From a bacterium (GTDB taxonomy: Bacteria > Babelota > Babeliae > Babelales > RVW-14), in NCBI GenBank assembly GCA_016699045.1, contig CP064957.1, positions 341,599 through 405,598 on the forward strand: 64,000 bases of DNA, written 5' to 3'. Both the position numbers and the translations under genes were made by a program. A model generated the notes under the pieces. It was not told the DNA's origin and did no database searches. It saw nothing but the letters and a program-made list of their open reading frames with translations. Position 1 is the first letter of the stretch. Each line of letters starts with the position of its first letter. Shown here piece by piece: positions 17,622 to 27,524 of this stretch.

Positions 17622-19740
17622 GTTTTTGTATAATTTTTTTATCTTGCTTAAGCATGGCGCGAACGTTTTCTAAATAAGGCGTTTGCGCCATCGTAGAAAT
17701 CATTGGAGCACTCAGCGCAATGCGCAGCACGGCACACTCTCTACCCACACTCGTCAATTTGACAGGTTGCCCAATCAGAATTTTTTGTTGCGCAATAGCT
17801 CGCTCTTGGTCGGTAGCTTTGTCTGGCAAAGTTTGAGAAATATCTTGCGTCAACCACATATGAATACGTTGAAGCGCCTCAAAATCAAGCTCCGTCCCAT
17901 CTGACAACGAAAGTAAAAAGACGACCACCGAATTAATATTACCAAGTAATGGTACAACACATGAAGTATGATCAGAAATTTTTTCGTCAAGCAAACTCGT
18001 ACAATTATTTTGCTGTATCAAAGATCTAACACCGCCTACCCATTGCCCAATAACAGCATCCCGTACGCTGCAATCAAGAGCGCCAAAGCGTTCCATTTCT
18101 GCATATGTCGCTTCCAAGCGTAACCACAAACCATAATTGCAACACTGAGCAAACGAATCTCGTAATGCCGGCAATTGGCTATCGGCATCATACTTAGTAA
18201 AATAATCGCCAAACGCAGCCGGAATGTTACTACTTTGGTTCTGAAATTCCAGCGCTTCATCAGGCGTAAGAAACACTAATCCAGAAAATGGCGGGCCTGC
18301 AAAAAATTTTGACCCGGTAATGAAAACATTAAACTGTGCCTCCAAATAAGTACGAATGATAGTATCATCAACACGTGATTGTGCCGCATCAACAATAACG
18401 ATCAAATTTTTACCATATAAATTTTTCATGCGCTTTACAAAATCAAAAGACGGAACAGAAAGTCCAGTTTTTGAGAAATGCACCAAATGCACAACAGCTA
18501 TTTGATTTTCTTGCCCAACAACACGCGCAAGCGTTGCTTCAATTTGATTTTCAACATCACGTAATTCACTCACACTACCATCAATCTGATTGCGCGCATT
18601 AATTTTTATGCCTTGCACTACCCCTACCGGCAACCCAGCAAGACTTGTACCAATTTTGACACGTCCACCACTTGGCAAATAATCTGACAAATGAGTACAC
18701 ATCGCACCAGCATACGACAAACTACCAACTTCACCTGCTGCCGTTAAAATTGTCGTTACTAATGGTTGGCCACTGACATACGCACGAGACTTCCACAACG
18801 GATGCCGAGCAAGGGCCGCCAACGTCATAATCATTTCAGCGTCAGAACCTGATGGCGTCGTTACAATGCAACTATCTTGGGCATGAAAATACTGTTTAAA
18901 TTGACGACGTAAAGATTCCATTGCCTGGTCAAAACATTGTTCAAGAGTTGATGACTGCAAAGCTTTTTTTAAAAGAGAACGACGCATAAACTCAGCTCGT
19001 TGGTACGCATGCATCGATGGTGAACTGCTGGTACAACTTGAGCGCATAATCACGTCAACACTTGGCAACGACGAAGTATAATATTTATTAAGACCAGTCT
19101 GCGAGGAAACAAATAACCGATCATCACCACCCTGCGTCATCAAAATATGCGCAGGTATGGCCAACGATAGCACATCAATAGCGGCAAGTACGGCAGCCTT
19201 AATCGGTGCTTGAAGCTCTGAAATGTTATCGTACTTTTCTAAAAGATACTGCCCCAAAAGTGCTGCTTTGTCTGCTGCTAGTGCGTTGTCATTTATTAAT
19301 TGTTGAAAATCAATGACCAGCCTTTTTTCGAGTGAAGATTCGTTGCCAATAAGTTCTTGATAACGCTCTTGTGCCGAGCGAGAAAATGACTGTAAATAAC
19401 TCAATGCATAATGTTTAGAAAGTAACTCGTAAAGCATATGTTGCTGAATAGTTTGCTCATCATTTTCATCCAACAAAGAAGCAAAATGCAAACTATAAGC
19501 ACTATTAACCGCAACAACAACATCATTAATATCAGCATCTCGAGATAAAGAAACTATGCCTTGTTGGCAAATGGCTCTCGTACATTCATGAGTTTGAACA
19601 ATCTGTGAAGAAACGCCAGTTTTTAAAAAAACATCAAGTTCTGGCCGAACTTTAAAATGTGTTTCCATTTCTACGATTTTGTCCCCCAAAAGCCCCCTCA
19701 TGAAACAATACGCAAAAGCTAATAATACTACTTTCTTCAT
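17557..19740 (-). CDS. PLP-dependent fold-type-I (class V aminotransferase-like) protein with a ~300 aa N-terminal extension and a signal peptide
   Basis: TPSGSDAE..., HLVHFSKTG, VDAAQS and ITGSKFFAGPPFSG (candidate PLP lysine) follow the class V order. The ATG at 19740 (MKKVVLLAF..) is preceded by GGGGGAG. Confidence 0.45.
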   Translation of the reverse strand: MKKVVLLAFAYCFMRGLLGDKIVEMETHFKVRPELDVFLKTGVSSQIVQTHECTRAICQQGIVSLSRDADINDVVVAVNSAYSLHFASLLDENDEQTIQQHMLYELLSKHYALSYLQSFSRSAQERYQELIGNESSLEKRLVIDFQQLINDNALAADKAALLGQYLLEKYDNISELQAPIKAAVLAAIDVLSLAIPAHILMTQGGDDRLFVSSQTGLNKYYTSSLPSVDVIMRSSCTSSSPSMHAYQRAEFMRRSLLKKALQSSTLEQCFDQAMESLRRQFKQYFHAQDSCIVTTPSGSDAEMIMTLAALARHPLWKSRAYVSGQPLVTTILTAAGEVGSLSYAGAMCTHLSDYLPSGGRVKIGTSLAGLPVGVVQGIKINARNQIDGSVSELRDVENQIEATLARVVGQENQIAVVHLVHFSKTGLSVPSFDFVKRMKNLYGKNLIVIVDAAQSRVDDTIIRTYLEAQFNVFITGSKFFAGPPFSGLVFLTPDEALEFQNQSSNIPAAFGDYFTKYDADSQLPALRDSFAQCCNYGLWLRLEATYAEMERFGALDCSVRDAVIGQWVGGVRSLIQQNNCTSLLDEKISDHTSCVVPLLGNINSVVVFLLSLSDGTELDFEALQRIHMWLTQDISQTLPDKATDQERAIAQQKILIGQPVKLTSVGRECAVLRIALSAPMISTMAQTPYLENVRAMLKQDKKIIQKLNVIVRNYSFLQDCLGSAEKK

Positions 19741-19971
19741 GCTCTCCCCCGTCAAAAAACTTCTTCTCCATCTCTCTATCCAATGAAATAAATGCTTCAC
19801 TATGATAGCAAAAAAGATATTAGCAAAAAAGTTTTTTTTAAATCAAGATTATCGTAAACCAGCATGCTTTTCGTCTTATTTCAAGATCATTGACCCCTTG
19901 ACAAAATATTACTTACTATGCACACATAAAAGAGAAAATTATTATCATAAAGTTTCAAGAAAGGAAACCGC

Positions 19972-21300
19972 ATGAAAAAACTCAATTACAACGCCATTTT
20001 ATTATCGCTGTGCTGCATAACCTTGCCAGCAAGCGCAAAGGTAGACTTTTCTCCGTTTGAGTATTCTGTAAATATTGATGAAATGTTTAACGAAAAACTC
20101 ACGAGATTAAGGAAATCAGCCGCTTTTTTTAATCAATCGTTTTCTAACGAAACACCAGAAAACCCAATTCCGGCCGATGTATCATTTATGATTATCGACA
20201 TAAAATATACTGACGATCAGCAAGTTAAAATTTTGGAATATGGCGATGGCTGCGTCTCTGGCTTTAAAGTACTTGACCACACAATTGGCATAGGAAAAGT
20301 ATGGGAAGATTTTTGGCATTATCTCAAAAAATTTAAACTCCCGATGTGGTATGCTGGCTATTACTATGGTAGAACGCCCTACATCGGCGCTCAAACTTTA
20401 CAAAGATACAATGGCCAAATGGTCCCATCACTCAATCAATTAAAAGGCAATATTTTTTTCAAAGCACAAGCACGACACCGCATTAATCCTGAAGATCTTC
20501 AAAACATTCATAATTATCGAGGAATTATTGCGACCAGAGAACGCAGCACAAAAGTTATTGAAAAATTTAAAAAAACTTATCCACAGTTTCTCGTAATTAA
20601 TACTGCCGCAAAAAATTTCGTCTTAAATAAAAAAGCAACTGACGATTTATTTGATGAGCCACAACTTGCTGCTTATCGACCAAAACGCGTTATCTATCCA
20701 AAAAATTACACCCCTGAATTGGCCAATAAGATTATTAATGAAATAGGGAGTAAATATTATGTCATTAAACCTATAAACTCAGGAAAAGGTAATGGCATTT
20801 TAATCATCAAAGCACGCGACCTTGATGCAACTTTAAAATTAATTTTAGATGACTATAAGCCAAGCGCCGTCAGTGAAACCTATTCCTACAATCCGTATGT
20901 TCCTTTGACCACTGGCTACTGGCGACATGACCGTAATCCAAATTTCCTGGTTGAAGAATATGTTTCTTCAAAAAATATTACCGTTAACAAAAAACCTTAT
21001 GATGCAACTATGCGCATTATTTTTACGCAGCATTATCATGAAGGCAAAATTTATACCAAATTTATTAATGCTTATTGGAAACGCCCTATCAAAGCACTCA
21101 ACGAAAGCGGAACTTTTAGAGAAAAACATATTTCCAAACATGCACCAAATCATTTCGAATCACTCGGGCTGGAAGTTAATGCAAACGATTTACGCGAAAT
21201 TTATGATATTCTACAACCAGCACTGCCTCAAATTTATTGGAAGATGCTGACGCGATATTATAACCCACAAGAAGAAAACAACGAAGAAGCCATAAGCTAA
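19972..21300 (+). CDS. secreted protein, paralog family member 4 (ATP-grasp / TTL-like motifs)
   Basis: Motifs present are DIKYTDDQQVKILEYG, FWHYLKKFKLPMWYAG, YYVIKPINSGKGNGILII, FLVEEY, YDATMRIIF and YWKRPIK. Confidence 0.6.
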   Translation: MKKLNYNAILLSLCCITLPASAKVDFSPFEYSVNIDEMFNEKLTRLRKSAAFFNQSFSNETPENPIPADVSFMIIDIKYTDDQQVKILEYGDGCVSGFKVLDHTIGIGKVWEDFWHYLKKFKLPMWYAGYYYGRTPYIGAQTLQRYNGQMVPSLNQLKGNIFFKAQARHRINPEDLQNIHNYRGIIATRERSTKVIEKFKKTYPQFLVINTAAKNFVLNKKATDDLFDEPQLAAYRPKRVIYPKNYTPELANKIINEIGSKYYVIKPINSGKGNGILIIKARDLDATLKLILDDYKPSAVSETYSYNPYVPLTTGYWRHDRNPNFLVEEYVSSKNITVNKKPYDATMRIIFTQHYHEGKIYTKFINAYWKRPIKALNESGTFREKHISKHAPNHFESLGLEVNANDLREIYDILQPALPQIYWKMLTRYYNPQEENNEEAIS

Positions 21301-21323
21301 AAAAATCTTATTCGGAAAATCCT

Positions 21324-21373
21324 AAAAAGAGGGGATAAGTACTGCATTTCTGCAGTACTTATCCCCTCTTTTT
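21324..21373 (+). terminator. rho-independent terminator
   Basis: A perfect 23-bp stem (aaaaagaggggataagtactgca / tgcagtacttatcccctcttttt) with a tttc loop, ending in a T-run. Confidence 0.85.
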
Positions 21374-21472
21374 AGAAAAATTAGCAATTATCTTGATCAC
21401 ACAACGTTCTATTTTTTATCATAAAACCATGGGGATAATAATCTTTTATTTTCTTTGAAGCGGGGATAAATC

Positions 21473-22420
21473 ATGATAATTTCGAAGCGTTTATCAATAT
21501 TTTTGCTTGTTTTTATAAGTTTTATAAATGAACTTTTTGGTGGAAATATTCATGATATAAAAGACACTTGGGCGTTGCTCAAACCTGAGCATCGCATGGC
21601 GCTCTCGCCAGCATGCGGTGCCGCTAGCATTGAATTTAAATACCTCGAAAAATTGTACCACTTTGCCGATCCCAAAGATGCCACTACTAAAGTTATCAAA
21701 ACTCTTTTCAAGGCCACTCAACCAACCGGCCTTACGCCACATGACCAGGTATTGTCAATACCCGTCGTTGCTCAACTTCTTAATCTACTCGAACTTAACA
21801 AAGATAAAGATGATGTAACATTGACTGCAGCACTTACTAAAGCCATGCCTTCAGGAGCTCCTGCTTCCTCAAAAAGCACTCCGCCACCTCTTCCTCTTCG
21901 GCAAAATGCCAGCCCTCTGGATCAACTTAGCTATAGTTTAAACCTTTTAAAAGCAAAACTTGTTGCCTTAGCAACAACGCTCAACACCATGCAACAACCC
22001 CTCAACAACCCGAAAAAAAATACAAAATTTGTACAAAATCTTGTTGCATCGTTACATGAATGCCGCAAAGATGCTGACAATTCAAAATTATACAGACCAT
22101 ACACCACACAGCACGCGCTCCTTGCATGGATTTACCAAAAAGCTCAAACAAAAAATGATTTTGCCACTTTCTTTAAAGCACTCGATCCCAGTTTTTTTGT
22201 AAAACCAATTAATTTTGATGCAGGCTGGATTGCAAACATTTTCAAAGCCGATGAATATAATTCCTTGTATGAAGACTTTAAAAATACCTTGAATGGAAAA
22301 AACGACGCAACTATTTTTCAAACCATTGGGGTAAATAAATTCGCAGCTAACGTCTTTATTGAAACAATGCTAAAAAGAACAACTCAGGACTCAAGCCTGC
22401 TGAATATCAAAAAACATTGA
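21473..22420 (+). CDS. secreted hypothetical protein
   Basis: Has a signal-peptide-like N-terminus and a proline-rich segment (STPPPLPLRQ). No recognisable domain. Confidence 0.5.
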   Translation: MIISKRLSIFLLVFISFINELFGGNIHDIKDTWALLKPEHRMALSPACGAASIEFKYLEKLYHFADPKDATTKVIKTLFKATQPTGLTPHDQVLSIPVVAQLLNLLELNKDKDDVTLTAALTKAMPSGAPASSKSTPPPLPLRQNASPLDQLSYSLNLLKAKLVALATTLNTMQQPLNNPKKNTKFVQNLVASLHECRKDADNSKLYRPYTTQHALLAWIYQKAQTKNDFATFFKALDPSFFVKPINFDAGWIANIFKADEYNSLYEDFKNTLNGKNDATIFQTIGVNKFAANVFIETMLKRTTQDSSLLNIKKH

Positions 22421-23663
22421 ACGTCTCATTATGGAATAAATTTCATGATAGTAAAAACATGATTATTCCATTGCTTCTTGATATTTACTCACGCTACTCT
22501 GACGATTCTAACCTCACTGCCCCTACTCCAACCGAAAATAATGAATTTCCTTTCTTTTATTTCTGTTTTTTATCAAATCTATTTAGAAACCATAACAAAG
22601 TACCGATCATAAAAAAAATTTTAGATTTTGATCCAATACCAAAAAAAATTATCTCTTTGTTCTGCAGGTTGATTGATGCATTACCATTGCAAGAAGACGA
22701 AACCAATGAAGAACTTGTATACCAAGCAGCTATCGCATACCTGCTAAGCGAATACGATTGCTCTAAGCTTGCACACGAGCAATTAGTCAAAGACACTATA
22801 AAAAATCTGGTAAAAAAAACATTAAGTAAAAATCATGAAAAGAATAAGGCTGCTGTATTGTCTATACTTATAAAGCCATTAATAGCACTAAATCTACAAG
22901 ACGAAATAACAAGCATTATAGATTTTGCAGAAAAATGCGGTAATGATAATGATCAAAAGAAAAAAAAGCTTGGCCTTGGATTACTTATGTCGTTCGCTCA
23001 AAATGACAACAACCTTGAAAAGATAACACTGTTGATCATAAATATCCTTAAAGATCACAAAAAATTGAACCAAAAATTATTCGAGCTAACATTAGGAAGT
23101 ATTTATCTATTAACAGAAAAGAACAAAGCTTTGCCAATTGCTTCACTAAACCAAGCTTTCTCAATAATTTCAAAAATATATTTTGAGACCGAAGATACAG
23201 ATATAGAAACATCGTGCTCAGGAACGTTAATAATGTTATTTGAGCAAAAAATAGGAGTACAAGAAGCAACTGATGTCGCAATGAAGATCATAAAAAATCA
23301 CGCTTCAGAAACGGACATTGCCATTGAAAGAGCAGTTTTTCTTCTCGTACTGCTCTTTTCAGAAGGCCACGCACTAACCGAGGCCGAGGAAGCAATCAAT
23401 ATACTTGGAGATCAGCATCCAGAAAGTATAAGACTTCGCCAAATGATTGACAAATATAATCAACCAATCGAAGATCTTAAAACTTTGGGGCTACCAGCAA
23501 ATACTCCAAAAGGTGATCCTAGTATTAAAAAAGCGTATCGTACATTGGCTATGCGATGGCACCCTGATAAAATCCAGGAAATGAAATAGAAGCTAACACA
23601 AAATTTAAAGCAATTTCTGAAGCCTATCAAAGACTCACTAAAGAAGAATCAGCAACAAATTAA
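22417..23663 (+). CDS. helical-repeat protein with a C-terminal J-domain; the frame is broken inside the HPD motif
   Basis: The ORF ends ...AYRTLAMRWHPDKIQEMK* at 23589. The +1 frame continues [26 protein letters not shown]...* to 23663, completing a canonical J-domain. The break lies at an A4 run (23569..23572). Confidence 0.65.
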
Positions 23664-23666
23664 TAA

Positions 23667-23704
23667 GCAAAGAGTGCCTGCAGATTTTTGCAGGCACTCT
23701 TTGC
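23667..23704. terminator. bidirectional rho-independent terminator between convergent genes
   Basis: A perfect 16-bp stem (gcaaagagtgcctgca / tgcaggcactctttgc) with a 6-nt loop. Confidence 0.8.
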
Positions 23705-23713
23705 TCTAATCAA

Positions 23714-24940
23714 TTACAAAAATACATCACCATTAATCAAGTCAATCATTTTTTTATACAAACGCAGCATAAAAATATCAAATTGCGCTTTAACAGCGGC
23801 AAAATCTTCATCGCTGACCATGGCAGGAATCGTACCTTTTGATTTGCATCGCTGCGTTAAACTACCAAACCCACGATCAAGCGACTTGGTAGGAATTTTC
23901 CAAAAAGCATCCAGATACGTAATATGCGTTTGGCCACGATCATAATGCAACGTGAATACTAAACGCATAGTTGGATCAAAATCAGCACCATCAATCGTCA
24001 TGGTATTTGATGGACAATATTCTTCAACCAAAAAATGATACTTGCCCGTCGTATGCCAATAATTAAAAAGCTCACGATCGTTACTATATATTTTTTGATT
24101 TTTTGGTTCTTGCAAACTGTTTTTATCAAGCATGCACTGCAAAACCGTATCCAAATCTTGTTGGTCGGCCATGATTATACCGCGGCCTTTAAAATCATTC
24201 AGCGGCTTAATAACATAGCGCTCACATTGCAATGCTTCATGAATTTTTTGTGCCAAATCTGTAGAATATTCTTTGGTACATAAAACAAATTTTGGCTTGT
24301 AAGGCGCAAACTCTTTATCTAAAAATAAAATATTAGTTAAATATTTACTATTCACAAAAGGCGCTACAGCAGCTCCTAAAACTAATAAATCTTCATTATT
24401 ATTTTTGAACGCTAAAATATGCGAACCAGAAGCATCTATATGCCGAAACATTAACAAACCAGCATGATCTGACAAAACAGCAGAATGTTTTCTTCTTCGC
24501 AAATTTCTAAAAGCAGGAACATTTGCAAGATCAGCAGTTCTTCCCATCGTCTTACCGCCCAATGCTAACAATTGAGCATTACGAATTTCCTGACGGTCTT
24601 CAGCACTAAATATGCCGGGACCAATATAATAAGGTGGTAGGTTAAATTGCTTAAAATAATTCCAAAAAAGCTGCCACATCGCTCCCTTGCCATGCATTGC
24701 ATCATGACCTTTGTAGCGAGAACGCATCCCCTCGCCAAATTCACAAATTTTTACCTTGCCATCTTTCAATCTTAAATCAGCAATCAGCCACGAGATATCA
24801 GACTTTATATCAACTCGATAAGCTGCAAACTTGCTCTGCAATTTAGCAAGCAAACCACTTTGTAGTGACGGCTCAATATCCGCAGAAACCGACCCCGCCA
24901 ACACAATAATACCGACTAAAAAACTCGTTGTTTTTCTCAT
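23714..24940 (-). CDS. secreted protein, paralog family member 5 (ATP-grasp / TTL-like motifs)
   Basis: Motifs present are DLRLKDGKVKICEFG, FWNYFKQFNLPPYYIG, YVIKPLNDFKGRGIIM, FLVEEY, FDPTMRLVF and FWKIPTKS. Confidence 0.6.
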   Translation of the reverse strand: MRKTTSFLVGIIVLAGSVSADIEPSLQSGLLAKLQSKFAAYRVDIKSDISWLIADLRLKDGKVKICEFGEGMRSRYKGHDAMHGKGAMWQLFWNYFKQFNLPPYYIGPGIFSAEDRQEIRNAQLLALGGKTMGRTADLANVPAFRNLRRRKHSAVLSDHAGLLMFRHIDASGSHILAFKNNNEDLLVLGAAVAPFVNSKYLTNILFLDKEFAPYKPKFVLCTKEYSTDLAQKIHEALQCERYVIKPLNDFKGRGIIMADQQDLDTVLQCMLDKNSLQEPKNQKIYSNDRELFNYWHTTGKYHFLVEEYCPSNTMTIDGADFDPTMRLVFTLHYDRGQTHITYLDAFWKIPTKSLDRGFGSLTQRCKSKGTIPAMVSDEDFAAVKAQFDIFMLRLYKKMIDLINGDVFL

Positions 24941-25109
24941 GACCTTGTTCTCCTTTTTTTTAGAAAACTAACTACACTTCTGCAGCCAGTTATAGCACAA
25001 AAAAATCATCATGTAAGAACGCAAAATATTTCTTGATCATCAGCGTAAAAGGCGTTACGCTCCTGAACTATGCACTACTATTTAAACCTTTTAGGAGAGA
25101 GGAAAACAT

Positions 25110-26675
25110 ATGAAGGCGCGCATCATAATATTAAGTCTTTTTTTATTGACAGCTTCACACAATGTCTTTGGCATCACCATTGATCTTGCGCAAAAAACTA
25201 CACAAAAACCCTACCAAGCAACATGCTTTTTACTCAAAGAAAATTTTACTAAAGATGCGGCTCTTTTAGCAGCAGAAGAAAGTTTGCAATTACAAGCGTT
25301 GCTTGGCAGCGACCTTGGAACATTGCTCAATTCGTTAGAATTTAAAGGTGCTGCTGGCACTATTCATTGCATCCCAGCACCCGTCAATAATGCTCTTCAT
25401 TATTTTATTTTTGCCGGCACCGGCGTTGACGAGCAAAATGAACAAAGCATGGAAAACATGCGACGCGCTACCGGAAAAATTGTTAACGAACTCAAAACAA
25501 AAAAGATTCCTAACGCCATTCTGCACATGCCAGAAGATGCCTCAGCAGAACTTACAAAACAAGTAACAATAGCAGCACTCTTAACTGATTATCAATACAG
25601 CGATTTCAAAAGCGATTACAAACATATTGACCATGTACTCACACTCGTACAAGAAAACGCTGGCGATGAAACAGCCACCGCCGTGTGGCAAGGCACCGTT
25701 ATTGGCGACATGACCAACACCATTCGTCGCTGGTCAGATGGCCCACCAAACATTGTAACGCCAAATTTTTTGGCAGAACAAGCAAAAAAACTTTCTGCTG
25801 AGCATGACTGCATTTGCACTGTCTTTGATCGCGCACAAGCGGAAGAACTCGGCCTCAATGGTTTTGTTGCTGTTGGCAAAGGATCAGCATCAGAAGAACG
25901 TTTTATTATTGTTGAATATCACACACCAGATCCTGATGCACCAACTATTGCATTGGTCGGCAAAGGCGTGGTATTTGATACCGGCGGCGTTAATTTAAAA
26001 ACTGAAGCCGGCATGATTGGCATGAAATACGACATGTGCGGTGCTGCTGCAGTGCTGGGCACCGTTTTTACGATTGCCCAACTCAAACCAAATATTAACG
26101 TTATCGCTATCGCACCAGCAGTAGAAAATAAAACGGGCTGCCAAGCATATCGCCCACAAGATATCATCACATTTTTTAACGGCAAGCACGGCGAAATTTT
26201 AAATACCGATGCCGAAGGCCGCGTAATCTTGGCTGACGCGTTAAGTTATGCAGAAAAAATTTACAAGCCAGATGCCATTATCGACGTTGCCACGTTGACC
26301 GGCGCCTGCGTCATGGCTCTCGGCCATTATTTTTCAGGCATGATGAGCCGCAACCAAGATTTGAAAGATCAACTGTTTAACGCCGCAAAAAACTCTGGCG
26401 AACGACTTTGGGAACTACCAATGTGCGATGATTTCAAAAAAAGTTTAGAATCACCCTACGCTGATTTTGCACATTTGGCAGGATCTGCTACCGGCGCTGG
26501 TGCTATTACCGCCGCCCACTTTTTAGAAAACTTTGTTGAAAATACGCCGTGGGCGCATCTTGACATTGCTGGAACCTCGAATAAAGTTGAAAATGTCAGC
26601 TACTTAAACAGCAAATTGGCAACCGGTGTTGGCGTTCGTTTGTTAACTGATCTTGTTTTAAATTATCAAAAATAA
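25110..26675 (+). CDS. pepA: leucyl aminopeptidase (M17) with an N-terminal signal peptide
   Basis: VGKGVVFDTGGVNLK, MKYDMCGAA and the NTDAEGR signature are present. Confidence 0.9.
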   Translation: MKARIIILSLFLLTASHNVFGITIDLAQKTTQKPYQATCFLLKENFTKDAALLAAEESLQLQALLGSDLGTLLNSLEFKGAAGTIHCIPAPVNNALHYFIFAGTGVDEQNEQSMENMRRATGKIVNELKTKKIPNAILHMPEDASAELTKQVTIAALLTDYQYSDFKSDYKHIDHVLTLVQENAGDETATAVWQGTVIGDMTNTIRRWSDGPPNIVTPNFLAEQAKKLSAEHDCICTVFDRAQAEELGLNGFVAVGKGSASEERFIIVEYHTPDPDAPTIALVGKGVVFDTGGVNLKTEAGMIGMKYDMCGAAAVLGTVFTIAQLKPNINVIAIAPAVENKTGCQAYRPQDIITFFNGKHGEILNTDAEGRVILADALSYAEKIYKPDAIIDVATLTGACVMALGHYFSGMMSRNQDLKDQLFNAAKNSGERLWELPMCDDFKKSLESPYADFAHLAGSATGAGAITAAHFLENFVENTPWAHLDIAGTSNKVENVSYLNSKLATGVGVRLLTDLVLNYQK

Positions 26676-26693
26676 CTCAAAAGGAGCCCATAT

Positions 26694-27206
26694 ATGAAAA
26701 ATAAGTTGTTCAAAAAATTACTTACGGTAGGCTTATGTTGTACAGTGTTTTCAAGTTGCAGTAACAAAAACATTGAACAGTCAACGACAACAACATCAAA
26801 ATTAACTGAGCAGGAAACAAAGGCTCAGGCAACAACAAAGGGAAGCCCCGTGGTAACATTAGATTCAGGATTAAAGTACGAAATCATAACAGCTGCACCC
26901 GACAACGCTGCAAAGCCAACCAAAGGCCAAGAAGTGGTTGTTCATTACACCGGCTGGTTAGACAATAACGGCCAAAAAGGCACTAAGTTTGATAGCAGCG
27001 TTGATCGCGGCCAAGAATTTAGATTTGTCGTTGGTATCGGCCAAGTTATTCAAGGCTGGGATCAAACACTTCTTGATATGAAGGTTGGCGAAAAACGCCT
27101 TGTTTCAATTCCTGCACATTTGGCTTATGGGACTCGTGGTGCTGGCAATGTAATCCCACCAAATGCAACCTTACTTTTTGAAGTAGAATTGCGCAAAATA
27201 GCTTAA
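26694..27206 (+). CDS. FKBP-type peptidyl-prolyl cis-trans isomerase, probable lipoprotein
   Basis: A lipobox-like VFSSC is present. The FKBP domain reads HYTGWL..G.KFDSS.DRG..F.F..G.G.VI.GWD....M..G. Confidence 0.85.
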   Translation: MKNKLFKKLLTVGLCCTVFSSCSNKNIEQSTTTTSKLTEQETKAQATTKGSPVVTLDSGLKYEIITAAPDNAAKPTKGQEVVVHYTGWLDNNGQKGTKFDSSVDRGQEFRFVVGIGQVIQGWDQTLLDMKVGEKRLVSIPAHLAYGTRGAGNVIPPNATLLFEVELRKIA

Positions 27207-27226
27207 AACGCTTATTCGTAGATTTT

Positions 27227-27262
27227 AAAAAGGGCCATACGGTTTTTCCGTATAGCCCTTTT
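27227..27262 (+). terminator. rho-independent terminator
   Basis: Hairpin aaaaagggccatacgg / ccgtatagccctttt with one mismatch, followed by a T tract. Confidence 0.7.
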
Positions 27263-27299
27263 AGCTTTATTTTAGCCAAAATGCGCCAAATTTAACGCC

Positions 27300-27327
27300 T
27301 TGCGTTAATCAACAAATATGTTATAAT
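27300..27327 (+). promoter_or_regulatory. sigma70-like promoter (TTGCGT - 16 nt - TATAAT)
   Basis: The -35 hexamer is at 27300..27305 and a perfect -10 hexamer at 27322..27327. The promoter faces the leader and the ABC importer operon. Confidence 0.6.
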
Positions 27328-27333
27328 TACAAT

Positions 27334-27498
27334 ATGAAAAATAAAAATTGGTGTTTTGACCACCTTGCTTTGTCAAAAAAAATTGCGGGGGACCTCCACG
27401 GGGTTTTCTCTCTTTGTTGCGCGTATATGTATGCCTCATATAGCTATCGTTTTTATACAAACGCTGGGGATTCTTTGCACGCACTCATAGTTACTTAA
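27334..27498 (+). CDS. candidate 54-codon leader ORF, Tyr-codon rich
   Basis: The ATG lies 7 nt after the -10 hexamer with no SD, so it would be leaderless-like. Codons 27424..27456 read Y-M-Y-A-S-Y-S-Y-R-F-Y. The ORF runs through the putative antiterminator arm. Confidence 0.3.
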   Translation: MKNKNWCFDHLALSKKIAGDLHGVFSLCCAYMYASYSYRFYTNAGDSLHALIVT

Positions 27499-27524
27499 TT
27501 TAGATTTAAAATTTTGAGACGTAC

